NCBI GenBank assembly: GCA_051294375.1
Contig: CM119263.1
Span: 7,922,635-7,986,634 of the forward strand
Origin: Paraspadella gotoi
Taxonomy: Eukaryota; Animalia; Chaetognatha
Length of the DNA stretch: 64,000 nt
Reading direction: 5' to 3'
Position numbers and translations under genes: made by a program. Under the pieces are notes generated by a model that was given only the letters and a program-made list of their open reading frames with translations, had not been told where the DNA came from and made no database searches. This document shows positions 13,981 through 27,162 of this stretch, one piece after another; position 1 is the stretch's first letter, and the number at the start of each line of letters is the position of its first letter.

Positions 13981-16740
13981 GGAACAGTAGATGACAAAAA
14001 GTCTCAAAGATAAGACACAAAAGGAGGGTTTAAAGACAAAACTACCGTCGATTGTCGTCAGTTATCATCGTGTCAATCTTCGTTTTTTAAGCCTTTAAGT
14101 TCTTCCGACCGGATTAAATGTAATTATTCAGTCCTTCTCGACGAGTCTGGGTCCAATTAATATTACTCTGAGAGTACTGGTCTTATGAAAAAGGCATGTA
14201 ATAGAATGATGTCGATTTGGTTCGATTTGAAAATTTTTCTCAAACTCGTGTCTCTCCCGCAAGAGAAAAATGTTTTCTCTCACGAGACAACTCTTATAAA
14301 CGGAAATTTTTCAAACTTCCGTAACAGACGGAACAAGGTTCTCGGGACAGACGGAAATTACTTCGAAAGAGGCCGAACTTTGCTGTGCGCGACGGAATAG
14401 AGTCTTCGAGAGAAGAGGCGAAACAATCTTGAACTTTAATTAGAAGGCAAAGATCTGATGCCGTCGCGTATAGTATAAGTACGAAAACTACGCGAAACCT
14501 TTGTCGCTCGGAAGGAGCGCCGAACTCGGCCTGAGACTTCGTTTAAAAAGGCGGATTCGTGACGAGTTACGTTCGAGGCGAACGACTCTACGTTCCTCTT
14601 TTCCGGTTCCAAAGAGCATAAGAGATTTGTTGGTCAAGGACGGAATTGTCTCTGTCGTTTCGGCAGAGGGAGGAAATGACCTCGATGATGCCAGACACGG
14701 GATTCTCAAGGACATTGGAACGAAACGTAGATAGGACTACACACTTTAAATAATAGAGCAATTTATAAGTTTTGGCACAAGTAAATGTTACACTTCCTCA
14801 AGTGTGAAAAAGGTTAAGTGAATTCCTGACAAGGGTTCGTAGTGCAAATTACCATAACTACCCCACGAATTTTCATTGTAACCAAAGGGTTGAAATATAT
14901 AAGAAAACAGCGAGCAAGAAAAAAACAAAAACAATGGTAATTAATATTTTAACGAAATGGAGTATCCGGATCGGAGGCATGAATACAAGCGAGACCAGAG
15001 GAGACTCTCGGTCTTGCTGGTGACGCGCCGAAAAGAAAATTTGCCGAAATATGATTGTAACGTACTCGATACGCATTGGGACTTGCAAGGACGGGAGTGA
15101 CAATTTTTTAAAATAGAAAACAATATAACTAAAGGTGAATTATTCTTGCACGTGGTTGAGGAGGGCTGATAGTTTGAGGTATGAGGACCACCTTAGTTAG
15201 AGGGAGGTGTCGTCTCGGAGGCGTCGAGGAGCGAATCTCCGACATTCTCCGAAGAATTGGGCCGGGCCAGAGAGCCGTTCAGGCCGGAGAGAAGGAGAGC
15301 GGCCGTCGAGGTGCAGGAACGCCGCGGAGACGCCAGACGCCGGGGGCCGAACGCCATTTGAGGGTGGAGGACGACGACGGGCGACGAGGGGCGAGCGTTG
15401 GGACGGCCGACCCCCAAGGCGAGGAGCCAACCAAATGGCCTGAAGGGATTACCCAACGTACTTCATTATTTCATACAAAGGGGTGATGGAGTACAACGGG
15501 GCACCCAACGGTAAAATGGAGGAGCGAAGGGGCCCCGGAAGGTGAGGTGGCGAAGTCTGGGCGGCGCGAAGAGAGGAGGACGCCGAGGCTTGGCCGAGGC
15601 GGTGGTCCTGGCGCCGTGCCCGGACCGTTGAGCCGAGGCTGAGGTCAGTTTCTGGTTTTGAGTGGTAAACAGGAGCCCTGGCTGACCTGGGGTACTTGGC
15701 ATGAAGGAGATGACGCCTGCCAGGAGACCGCCCGGCCCGGTGCACGCCGAGAGCGCACGCTCCACGGTAAGCGTCGAACTCTAGGGTTCGGAAACTGTGA
15801 GAAAGGGACGGAAGGGAGGACCTTGACTCTTGGAAATGATAGCGCTTCCGTCCTACTGAGATTCCATGGGAGGCGCGAGAGAGGACGGAACACGTAGATG
15901 ACAAAAGTCTCAAAGATAAGACAAAGGAAGGGTTAAAGACAACTACGTCGATCGTCGTCATTATCATCGTTGTCATCTTCGTTTTTAAGCTNNNNNNNNN
16001 NNNNNNNNNNNNNNNNNNNNNNNNNNNNNNNNNNNNNNNNNNNNNNNNNNNNNNNNNNNNNNNNNNNNNNNNNNNNNNNNNNNNNNNNNNNNNNNNNNNN
16101 NNNNNNNNNNNNNNNNNNNNNNNNNNNNNNNNNNNNNNNNNNNNNNNNNNNNNNNNNNNNNNNNNNNNNNNNNNNNNNNNNNNNNNNNNNNNNNNNNNNN
16201 NNNNNNNNNNNNNNNNNNNNATGTCGATTGGTCGATTGAAAATTTTTCTCAAACTCGTCTTTCCGCAGAAATTTTCTCCCACGAGACGAACTCTTTTATA
16301 AACGGACTTTTTAAAACTTCGTAACAGACGGACAAGTCGGACAACGGAATACTTCGTAAGAGGCGAACTTGGCGAGATAGAGTCTTCCGAAGAGGCGAAC
16401 ATCTTGAGACTTTATTAGAAGCAAAGATCTTGAGACCTCGTAAGTAGCGAACTACGCGAACCTTTGTGAGAGGCGAACTCGGCGAGACTTCGTAAAAAGC
16501 GGATCTCGTGAGAGTTCGTTCGAGGCGAACACTCCACGTCCTCTTTTCGGTTCCAAAAGAGACGAAGAGATTTTGTGGTCAAGGACGGAATTGTCGTCTG
16601 TCGTTTCGGAGAGGAAATGACCTCGATGATGCCAGACACGGATCTCAAAGACATTGGAACGAAACGGTAGGACTAAACACACTTAAATAATAAGCAATTT
16701 AAGTTTGCACAAATGGTTAAATGTTACACTCAATCTGCGG
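13981..16740 (+). repeat. Direct duplication of about 830 bp (13981-14805 and 15887-16740) flanking about 1.1 kb
   Basis: The copies are colinear, from gtagatgacaaaa(a)gtctcaaagataagac to cctcgatgatgccagacacgg...aatgttacact. They differ mostly by 1-2 nt indels, and the second copy contains a gap. Confidence 0.85.
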
Positions 16741-18973
16741 GTTCNNNNNNNNNNNNNNNNNNNNNNNNNNNNNNNNNNNNNNNNNNNNNNNNNNNNNNNN
16801 NNNNNNNNNNNNNNNNNNNNNNNNNNNNNNNNNNNNNNNNNNNNNNNNNNNNNNNNNNNNNNNNNNNNNNNNNNNNNNNNNNNNNNNNNNNNNNNNNNNN
16901 NNNNNNNNNNNNNNNNNNNNNNNNNNNNNNNNNNNNNNNNNNNNNNNNNNNNNNNNNNNNNNNNNNNNNNNNNNNNNNNNNNNNNNNNNNNNNNNNNNNN
17001 NNNNNNNNNNNNNNNNNNNNNNNNNNNNNNNNNNNNNNNNNNNNNNNNNNNNNNNNNNNNNNNNNNNNNNNNNNNNNNNNNNNNNNNNNNNNNNNNNNNN
17101 NNNNNNNNNNNNNNNNNNNNNNNNNNNNNNNNNNNNNNNNNNNNNNNNNNNNNNNNNNNNNNNNNNNNNNNTCTTTATATTTTCGTTTTTCTTAAAATTA
17201 ATCAAAAACAAACAATACAAGAAAAAACAAAAAACAACTTTACCTTATGATCCTTAGTTTCTTTTTATGAAGTAAGATGTGAGCTCATAAAAGCTAATTT
17301 TTCTGACATCTACAGTTAACAGGTTTCAACGACCACTCTCTCGGATCCTCATCGCCCCTCACTTATTTTTTTTCTGAACCTCCTACATTTTTTTATGAGG
17401 ACTAATCTATTTTATTAACTTTTCTTTCCATATATAATTCTTTTTTATAACTCATTCTCGTTTAATTTCCTTGTTAATTTTCTCGTTCATGTCTTAAATC
17501 TTTTCTACTCAAAGTCTCTCACCCAATTCCAATGCCAACCCTCCGTATTCAATTTTCCGCCCGCCACAGACCGACCTCCTTTTTCTCTTCGAAATTATCC
17601 ATTTACGGAATTTTTAAACAAAATATNNNNNNNNNNCTCTTCAAAATTATCCATTTACGGATTTTTTAAACAAAATATTTATCGGTTTTGATTATGTTTT
17701 GTNNNNNNNNNNNNNNNNNNNNNNNNNNNNNNNNNNNNNNNNNNNNNNNNNNNNNNNNNNNNNNNNNNNNNNNNNNNNNNNNNNNNNNNNNNNNNNNNNN
17801 NNNNNNNNNNNNNNNNNNNNNNNNNNNNNNNNNNNNNNNNNNNNNNNNNNNNNNNNNNNNNNNNNNNNNNNNNNNNNNNNNNNNNNNNNNNNNNNNNNNN
17901 NNNNNNNNNNNNNNNNNNNNNNNNNNNNNNNNNNNNNNNNNNNNNNNNNNNNNNNNNNNNNNNNNNNNNNNNNNNNNNNNNNNNNNNNNNNNNNNNNNNN
18001 NNNNNNNNNNNNNNNNNNNNNNNNNNNNNNNNNNNNNNNNNNNNNNNNNNNNNNNNNNNNNNNNNNNNNNNNNNNNNNNNNNNNNNNNNNNNNNNNNNNN
18101 NNNNNNNNNNNNNNNNNNNNNNNNNNNNNNNNNNNNNNNNNNNNNNNNNNNNNNNNNNNNNNNNNNNNNNNNNNNNNNNNNNNNNNNNNNNNNNNNNNNN
18201 NNNNNNNNNNNNNNNNNNNNNNNNNNNNNNNNNNNNNNNNNNNNNNNNNNNNNNNNNNNNNNNNTAGCGAAATAAACTTAGAACCGAAAGATTATTTTCT
18301 TTTTTCCTTTTTTAAATTTTTTTTTTAAAGAAGAATACATAAAAAAATAATAATATTATAAAAATAAAAAAAGTAAACAAAAAAATTTTCTCGGTCGAAC
18401 AAAAAAAAAACAAACTCGAATTTCGTCGAGACAAAAGAACAAGGGGAAGACTTTTCTCTTCTCCGCTTTTTGTTTCGTCTTTTTTGTTCTGCGGGTTTTT
18501 TTTTCAAATGACCGTCTTTTTATTATTCATCGGAGCGTCCCTCTCTTCCTTACTCGCTTTTATTTTCCTTTCTTTCTTTCTTGCTTGCTTTCTTTCTTTC
18601 TTTCTTTNNNNNNNNNNNNNNNNNNNNNNNNNNNNNNNNNNNNNNNNNNNNNNNNNNNNNNNNNNNNNNNNNNNNNNNNNNNNNNNNNNNNNNNNNNNNN
18701 NNNNNNNNNNNNNNNNNNNNNNNNNNNNNNNNNNNNNNNNNNNNNNNNNNNNNNNNNNNNNNNNNNNNNNNNNNNNNNNNNNNNNNNNNNNTTCTTTCTT
18801 TCTTTCTTTCTTTCTTTCTTTCCTTCTTGTCCATGTCTCTTTTGATAATGAACGATAAAAAGGGCAACCTAAATACTGAGCATCAAAAGATAAAGAAAGT
18901 CAAAACTAAGAAACCAAGATAAATTATATCTTTTTCTTTCTCTTTTCATTTTCCCTTTCTCCTTCTCCCACTA

Positions 18974-19010
<37 letters not shown>

Positions 19011-19797
19011 NNNNNNNNNNNNNNNNNNNNNNNNNTCTCTCTCTCTCGCTCTTTCTCTCTCTCCTCTCACCCACCTATCTTTACTACAAAAAAACTCCAC
19101 AAACCTGATAAGGCTCTGAGAAAAGATCTCCCACGCAAAGGCGTCTTGTCTCCCATCCCCCTGCTCTCTCTCTCTCTCTCTCCTCTCTCTTCCTCTCTCT
19201 CCTCTCCTCTCTCTTCCCTTCTCCTCTTCTCTCTCTCTCTTCTCTCTCCCTCTTCTCTCTTATCTCTCTCTCTCTTTCCTTTTCATTTCTCTTTTCTCAT
19301 TGTTTTTCTGGCGAATTAATTATGACGTAAAAGTTAAAACTGACTTTTCCTTTCCTTTCGCCTAGGGCGAACAAAAGAGCAAGCTTAGTTTTATTGTAAC
19401 GAAATATCTATCAAATGATTGTAACGAAGGAAGTCGTATTGTTCTTTCGATTTTAGAGTCGATTAGGTAAGAAATGATTCAATCCCCGTAAGGCACGTAA
19501 TGAAATAATAAATTAATCACCATTTTGCAAACTATAGCATCCATTTAACGATGCAAGTGAAAAATAGACAACAGATGCGATCAAGGAAAAAATCGCCAGT
19601 TCAAGGGTTAAATTAGAATCGCAACCATAAATTACGATCGCGACGATGACGACGACGAAGACGTCAACGATGACTACGACGAAGACTTACCGTGAAAACG
19701 AGGCAGAGTACAATCTGCCTTCTCTAGATCCTGAGCGAAGACGATAAAGAAAATTCCTAATCAGTGATCATCGTTCAGTGATGACGACTACGACGAC

Positions 19798-19862
<65 letters not shown>

Positions 19863-21196
19863 AATTAACTTTTTCTAAAAAAAGAAATCGCCAACTCATT
19901 CCAAGTGGAATTTATTACTTCTCATTAAAATTCCTCAGCGAAGAATCGCAGAAGAAAGACGCTTTGTAGATTCTCAAGAAAATGTCGGTTCGTATATATA
20001 AGTTTATAAATTGTTAATGTTTATCAAAGTTGTCACTTATCGACTCAACTTTACCAAATTTTTTTTCCCCTTTCCGCCATAAACATTAAATTTCTCTCTT
20101 TTTTGGTCTCTTTTAAAAAAATCACCATAAAAGTCCCGAAAATAAACGAGCGATAAATAAATCTGAGGAAAATAACTTTTTTTGAATTGCAGAAGCGACA
20201 TTCTTCATTGGAACCGAAGTGCCGAGAATTTAAGAAGAGAAAGGGGGGGGGGAAGTGGAGTCCGTATAGTTCTTTAAACTTTGGGGGGGGGGCACACACC
20301 ATATATTAAGGTCTGTGACAAGAACGACTTTTAGGCCCAAGGATAAAAGGAAGTCAATTTTTTTTTCTTTCCGTTGGATCATAAAATTTCCGAATTTTGT
20401 CAAAACTGCCAAGGCGCGTTATGGCGAGGAAAAAGTTATCGCCTCGATTGTATCCTCTGCGCACCGGCTGTTGCTGTATGTACAACGGATGTTGTTTACT
20501 CTGAATCAGAGTCTGATGTATGATTGACCGATAAAAACTACCTGATGCGCACTCAAGTTGTTGCTGAGTGACGATCTTCTTACTGCAAACCACATTTTTT
20601 ATTTCGCAGTTTGTCAACACGACAATACCATCTGCTATAATCATCTCACGCCTCTGACTCATTGCATTGATTTCAGCAAATGAAGTTATGATAATAAAAA
20701 ATATTTTGAAATCGATTGAGATTGACCACTGATTCATTCGCAACGGAAGATCTACCTCACGTCGAACCTATGGACCGACCGACCAATTTATTTTTCTATT
20801 CATCCCGAGTTTTTTTTTTTTTTAACGATTTTTGACTTTAATGAGTTTTTCACTTAATAAAAAGGAAGGAAATGAATGAATCCGCTAAAGAAAAGCTGAA
20901 AAAAAAATGGTTAAGAAGACATAAATCGTGAAATTCGAATATTTTTTCGGATGAAGCGAAAAACGATTCGTCAAACGTCTTCATTGCAAGTCACGTGATG
21001 CGAGAGGCGTTGCGATATCGAATGTATGTTAAACTAAATTTCAGAAAATATTATATAAAGTTAAATATATTTTAAATAAATTTTGAATATATTTACTTAA
21101 TAAAGTTGTATTATAAAGGGGAGAGCTCTTTTGGAGTTGTCTTCTGGAAATTGAGGGAACATCTACCCAACACGAGGTTAAAATATTTTATACCCT

Positions 21197-21711
21197 TGTG
21201 GAAGACGATGCCGCGAGCAGTTTACCGTCCGTTGCACACAAGGTCCCGAACTTCGGATCGGGCTGTAGTCCGTCACTACAGGTGGGTTAGACGCCCCGTC
21301 CCGCTTTTACTTGTGTGAATCAGCAGGGCGCCATAGGTGCTGCTGATTCTCGGACGAGTAGCAGGTTATGAAATACTACCGCAACACATCCCCCCCCAAG
21401 GCATCCCACACCCGCGCAAGTGTGATGGCAATGATGCACGCGTTGTGCCCGAGCACTCTAGGAGGGGCTACCTATTCCTGCTCCCGTCTTCACATACGAT
21501 GGTCGAGGGCAGAGGTGTGTTAACCTGCCCGGGCAGAGGTGTATTAACGTGCCAGCGTGTTCGTGTGGGCTCACCAATGTGGAAGACGATGCCGCGAGCA
21601 GTTTACCGTCCGTTGCACACAAGGTCCCGAACTTCGGGCTGTAGTCCGTCACTACAGGTGGGTTAGACTCCCCGTCCCGCTTTTACTTGTGTGAATCAGC
21701 AGGGCGCTACA
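21197..21711 (-). mobile_element. TRIM-like miniature LTR retroelement (non-autonomous)
   Basis: Near-identical direct repeats of about 135 bp at 21197-21335 and 21578-21711. Element termini TG...CA. 4 bp TSD CCCT at 21193-21196 and 21712-21715. On the minus strand, a PBS-like TGGTGAGCCC starts 1 nt after the 5' LTR, and a G8 polypurine tract lies at 21390-21397. No coding capacity. Confidence 0.8.
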
Positions 21712-22151
21712 CCCTCCATATTAAACATCGTTTTTGTTAGGAAGTCATTTATTGAAATATCAAAATATCTAAAAGGCCGAACTGTTAGTTAGGGTTAAAT
21801 ATCATCATGTAATGAACTCGGTATTACCTAAATTTGTTTCAACGCCTAAGTTGCTGTTAAAAATGAAATTTCTCTTTTGTATTTTTGTTATAAATTACAT
21901 AAGTAATTAAAAAAAAAAGAAAGATATTCTAATGAAAACGGTTTGATGTAAACAATTATATTACGCAGTTAGTATCTTGTCAGAGAAACTGGAAAGAATT
22001 TAGCATTATCTTTTAATTCTTTTTATTAAGATGTATCGTTTATTCACGACAATCAACGTCGGATTTGTGCCAAGTCAACTAATACGGAATTGATTTACAT
22101 TCTTATTATCATCTCAAGGAGTCGAGGACCCATTTGAAATTCTTTCTTCTT

Positions 22152-22155
<4 letters not shown>

Positions 22156-22210
<55 letters not shown>

Positions 22211-22478
22211 AGAGAGAGAAGAGAGAGAGCGGGAGAGTAACGCCGGTGAATTTAGCCGAGAAATATTTCCCGCTAATTTCTAACGCCTATCACGCGCAAA
22301 ACCGCGAGAATCGAGATAGAGAGAGAAAAGAGAGAGAGAGAGAGTGAAGAGAGAAAAGAAAGAAGAGAGAGAGAGAGAGAGAGAATGGGAATTGAATAAT
22401 TGAATTGAATTGTAATAAGGAAACGAGCTTTGGGCTACATTGTGCCCCAAACTACATTCAAATTACAAATGAAAAGAG

Positions 22479-22535
<57 letters not shown>

Positions 22536-22640
22536 AGAGAGAGAGACCGGGCGATTTAACGCCGTGACATTATTGCGAGAAAATACTTCCCGCTAATTCT
22601 AACGCAATGAGACGGCTAAACCGCGAGATCGAGATCGATA

Positions 22641-22673
<33 letters not shown>

Positions 22674-22812
22674 GAGAGAGAGAGAAGAGAGAGAAGAGAG
22701 ATGAGAGAGAGAGAGGAGGAGAGAGAGAGAGAGAGGAGGAGAGAGAGAGAGCGGGCTAGTTAAACGGGTCCGGTGACATTATTTGCTAGAGTAATACTTG
22801 TCCTAATTTCTC
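22156..22812. repeat. Compound repeat: three imperfect copies of a 60-80 bp unit separated by (GA)n
   Basis: taacgccg(g)tga...gagaaa(a)ta(t/c)ttcccgctaatt(t)ctaacgc occurs at about 22238, 22557 and (degenerate) 22761. Confidence 0.75.
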
Positions 22813-25800
22813 TCGTTTGATTAAAGGTTCAATCTAATTGCGCAATAAACCGGACGTCATCGAGTATCGACGTCGTCGTCTTGTGATTTAACCAAACTAC
22901 AGCGTGATCATTTCAAACCCGCCGCTAGAAAAAAATCCACAGAAAATATATCATAATATACAGTTTTCAAGATCTTTCAGGCAATATCAATATTACTGTT
23001 ATTTTTTTTAGTAGCGGGTATAAAGTGGGCGGATTGAAGAAAGATTTTAAGAAAGGGGTTGCGATAAAATTTCGAAATTTTATTCGGTTATGAAGTTGCA
23101 TTTACTTACGTAAGAGGAATTTGTTAGAGGACCTTTGTCATTCGTTTGGATCAATAAAAAAAAAAACTGATTCATGAATTTTTTAATTTTATTTACTTAA
23201 TTTTTTTAAATTCAGATTTAGATTTTTAGATCTGCACTATTTCCGATAATGCGTAACTTCTAAACACCTGTTGTTTTCTACGTATTTTTTGAAATATTCC
23301 TTTTTCTCTCTCTNNNNNNNNNNNNNNNNNNNNNNNNNNNNNNNNNNNNNNNNNNNNNNNNNNNNNNNNNNNNNNNNNNNNNNNNNNNNNNNNNNNNNNN
23401 NNNNNNNNNNNNNNNNNNNNNNNNNNNNNNNNNNNNNNNNNNNNNNNNNNNNNNNNNNNNNNNNNNNNNNNNNNNNNNNNNNNNNNNNNNNNNNNNNNNN
23501 NNNNNNNNNNNNNNNNNNNNNNNNNNNNNNNNNNNNNNNNNNNNNNNNNNNNNNNNNNNNNNNNNNNNNNNNNNNNNNNNNNNNNNNNNNNNNNNNNNNT
23601 TCCCCCTAACAACTCACTCTCCAATTTTGAGACAAAAAGTGAATCGAATCTCAACGAAACTCCTCATCTTTTTTCACCCACGTGAAATCGCGCGACCTTT
23701 TAACGCACAAACCGTCTCGTCATTTTAAACTCATTGGCCACTGATGACCAACGTGGAGCCGCGGTCGGAATGAGCATTGCGTGATATTTTGGGCAATAAC
23801 CCATCCGACCCTTTCCTTTTCAATCTGGACACGATCTTGTTTGAAGAAGGAAAAGAAAAAAAGAGGAGGAAACAAAGAAGAAAAGAAGAAAAAAGAANNN
23901 NNNNNNNNNNNNNNNNNNNNNNNNNNNNNNNNNNNNNNNNNNNNNNNNNNNNNNNNNNNNNNNNNNNNNNNNNNNNNNNNNNNNNNNNNNNNNNNNNNNN
24001 NNNNNNNNNNNNNNNNNNNNNNNNNNNNNNNNNNNNNNNNNNNNNNNNNNNNNNNNNNNNNNNNNNNNNNNNNNNNNNNNNNNNNNNNNNNNNNNNNNNN
24101 NNNNNNNNNNNNNNNGGAGGTCGGCAGTCGCTTCAAGGTCGCTTTGATCGATCGGTACCACCACGATGACGACGACGACGACGACGACGACAATGGAAAC
24201 CAGCTGATCGACTCGGTTACTGAATGAGAAATAATTTTTCGTCAGTCAAAAAAAACCAAAAAAAAAAAAACCTTTGAATGGGAAAAAGAAGGAAATTCTT
24301 ATCTCGAATTCGTCGTGAACGCCAACGTTGGAATCGATATCGAGTCGTGATCACGTGACTGCAGTCGGTAGCAACGATTTTGAATGCCTCCGTTAAAACC
24401 TTTGAGGCTTCGAAAATAACAATTTCAAGTCAACGCGAGTCGCGAGATTGACGGTTTTAATAATTGTTTGCCAACGCTTATCAATCAATCGATCAAATAA
24501 TCAATCAAACAATCGATAAAACAATCAATAAATCCATTCAATCATAATTCAATCAATCGATTTTTCAATCAAGCGAGCCGTGTCCTCAATTAACGAATAA
24601 ATATTTATAATACTCATCCAAGGTCGCAGACGACAACGTAACAAATCGTACATCGTCAAGATTCAAGCGGCCCCAATTGTTACAAATGATCCCGAACTCT
24701 TCCGTCGGTCATTCGGTTCGTCGCGTCGGAGATCCCGTCAAGGTCGATCGCGGGTCGATCACGCCTCGTTCCAAGGTCATGCCAAGGTCATTTCAATCGG
24801 GGCCGATCACACGATGTACATCGGGAAAAGGGCAGTGGCCGATGGTTTCGCGTGGTCGAGCCGAGCCTGACCCGCGCCGTTTTAAATCTCGGCCTCGATC
24901 TTAGCCTCACCCGCGACCGAAGATCGATCGGGGGAAAGTAGGGGGAGCAGGGGGGGGGGTAGGATGGCGGCGGAAGGAATTAAAAGAATGGTAAGTTTAT
25001 GGAACAAACGGTAAGTCGTGGAAGGGCGAGATGTGAATATATATACACTTAAAATTGTGTGAATTGACAAACCGAAAATGCACTTGAATAGTTTTTAAAA
25101 TTAAAACTTCATTTAATCGCGATAAAGAATGAAATACCGTCAAAGCGTATTTAGATCACAAAGACACCCGCCTGTAATGGACAAAAAAAAATGATTAACG
25201 CAGAATTAAGACAGTGAACGATGGTTTCAACTATGCCGAGGCAAATAGAAACTACAACAACAACAACGACGACAACAATAACAACAACAACAACAACTCC
25301 AGACGCCTCGAGAAAAGAAGAGAAATAAAGGGCGACACTTCAACCTGACCTTTTTTTCAAATTCTAAGTCGGCCCTTACCCTCGACTCTTCGGTCTCCCC
25401 ACTCGGAATCGAAACGCCTCGAAACTTACCCCAGTCAATCTCCGCCCGCATCAAGGTGCGATCGGTGAAGTGGCGGCGGCGGCGGCGGACGCGGGGTAAG
25501 TTCAAGTGTTTTCGCGGTTTCGACCGGAGATTCTCGAGATGCGAACGAAGTGGATGAGGACTTGTTTGCACAAACATGACCGATGCAAACAAACAAACAA
25601 ACAACGTGAGGTCAGACATAGAAATAACAAAATAAATTACGCAGTGTTTCTCTCTCTCTCTCTCTCTCTNNNNNNNNNNNNNNNNNNNNNNNNNNNNNNN
25701 NNNNNNNNNNNNNNNNNNNNNNNNNNNNNNNNNNNNNNNNNNNNNNNNNNNNNNNNNNNNNNNNNNNNNNNNNNNNNNNNNNNNNNNNNNNNNNNNNNNN

Positions 25801-26773
25801 NNNNNNNNNNNNNNNNNNNNNNNNNNNNNNNNNNNNNNNNNNNNNNNNNNNNNNNNNNNNNNNNNNNNNNNNNNNNNNNNNNNNNNNNNNNNNNNNNNNN
25901 NNNNNNNNNNNNNNNNNNNNNNNNNNNNNNNNNNNNNNNNNNNNNNNNNNNNNNNNNNNNNNNNNNNNNNNNNNNNNNNNNNNNNNNNNNNNNNNNNNNN
26001 NNNNNNNNNNNNNNNNNNNNNNNNNNNNNNNNNNNNNNNNNNNNNNNNNNNNNNNNNNNNNNNNNNNNNNNNNNNNNNNNNNNNNNNNNNNNNNNNNNNN
26101 NNNNNNNNNNNNNNNNNNNNNNNNNNNNNNNNNNNNNNNNNNNNNNNNNNNNNNNNNNNNNNNNNNNNNNNNNNNNNNNNNNNNNNNNNNNNNNNNNNNN
26201 NNNNNNNNNNNNNNNNNNNNNNTGGTCCCCCCCAGTGAAATAATCGGTGACCCGGAATTTCTGGGTCGCCTTAACCGACGACAAAACCGACGACGTTGAA
26301 GACGACGAAGGACAAGTGACCCAGTCTTTCTGAAAAAAAAAAACAACAAAAAAGTAAAAAGTGAACCAAACCGGCGAAAACCGAAAACCGAGAAGAAAAA
26401 AAAAACTGTTCTTGGTTTCACCTTTTATTATTAATGTCGTAATATTTCGTTTATTTATTTTTAATAGGATAACAATTTTATTTAATCCCCCCCCCCAACC
26501 AGGAAAGCGTTCGTCTCACTCTTCTCAAAACAAACGACAGGAAAAAAACAAACTCTTTTTTTTTTGCTTTTTGTCTTTCAAATTTGTTTTTGCCTCGCGG
26601 GCAAATCACTGATATTTTGGGATTTCATTGAAGATGATTTAGAAAGAGGACTCCGCCTCGGCGCCTCCCTTCCTCTCGCTCTCTCTCTATCTCACCCCCT
26701 CTCTCTCACTTTCTCTCCCGGGTCGTCCTGATCCTACAACCAGAAAAAAAGGTTTTATCGAACATTGCCATAG

Positions 26774-26848
<75 letters not shown>

Positions 26849-26986
26849 TGATGATGAAATACACATTCTCTCTCTCTCTCGCTCTTTCTTTCTTCGTCTC
26901 TCTCTCCTTCTCTCTTAACGGTCGTATTGCTGCTGCAGGCAGCGATGAAAGCATCGAAAATAACTTCATCTGAATTTACGCTACGG

Positions 26987-27101
26987 CCAATCAGAGTCCA
27001 AGTTTAGCTTAACGCGACCAATCGGCGTTGAAAAGAACGCTCCTCGCTTAGATTGGTTCAATAGTCGCCGAGTTTTCTCATTGGTCGACGCAACTTTTGA
27101 A
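26987..27101 (+). promoter_or_regulatory. Putative promoter of the CKI gene: four NF-Y CCAAT boxes plus a CHR element
   Basis: CCAAT at 26987 and 27018, ATTGG at 27052 and 27080 (spacing 31/34/28 bp), then TTTGAA at 27096-27101. A CT-rich putative 5' UTR follows, about 600 bp upstream of the CKI coding exon. Confidence 0.6.
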
Positions 27102-27107
27102 TTTTCG

Positions 27108-27162
<55 letters not shown>

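Noticed and set aside
14681-14736. ctcgatga...cgaaacgta, hammerhead-like
   Set aside because: Both duplicate copies have CUCGAUGA rather than CUGAUGA, and stem II pairs poorly.
13981-16740. Reading the 830 bp direct repeats as LTRs
   Set aside because: No TG...CA ends, TSD or PBS could be seen, and the indel pattern suggests noisy reads.
23740-23772. CTGATGA motif (also at 7085)
   Set aside because: No stem II followed by GAAA.
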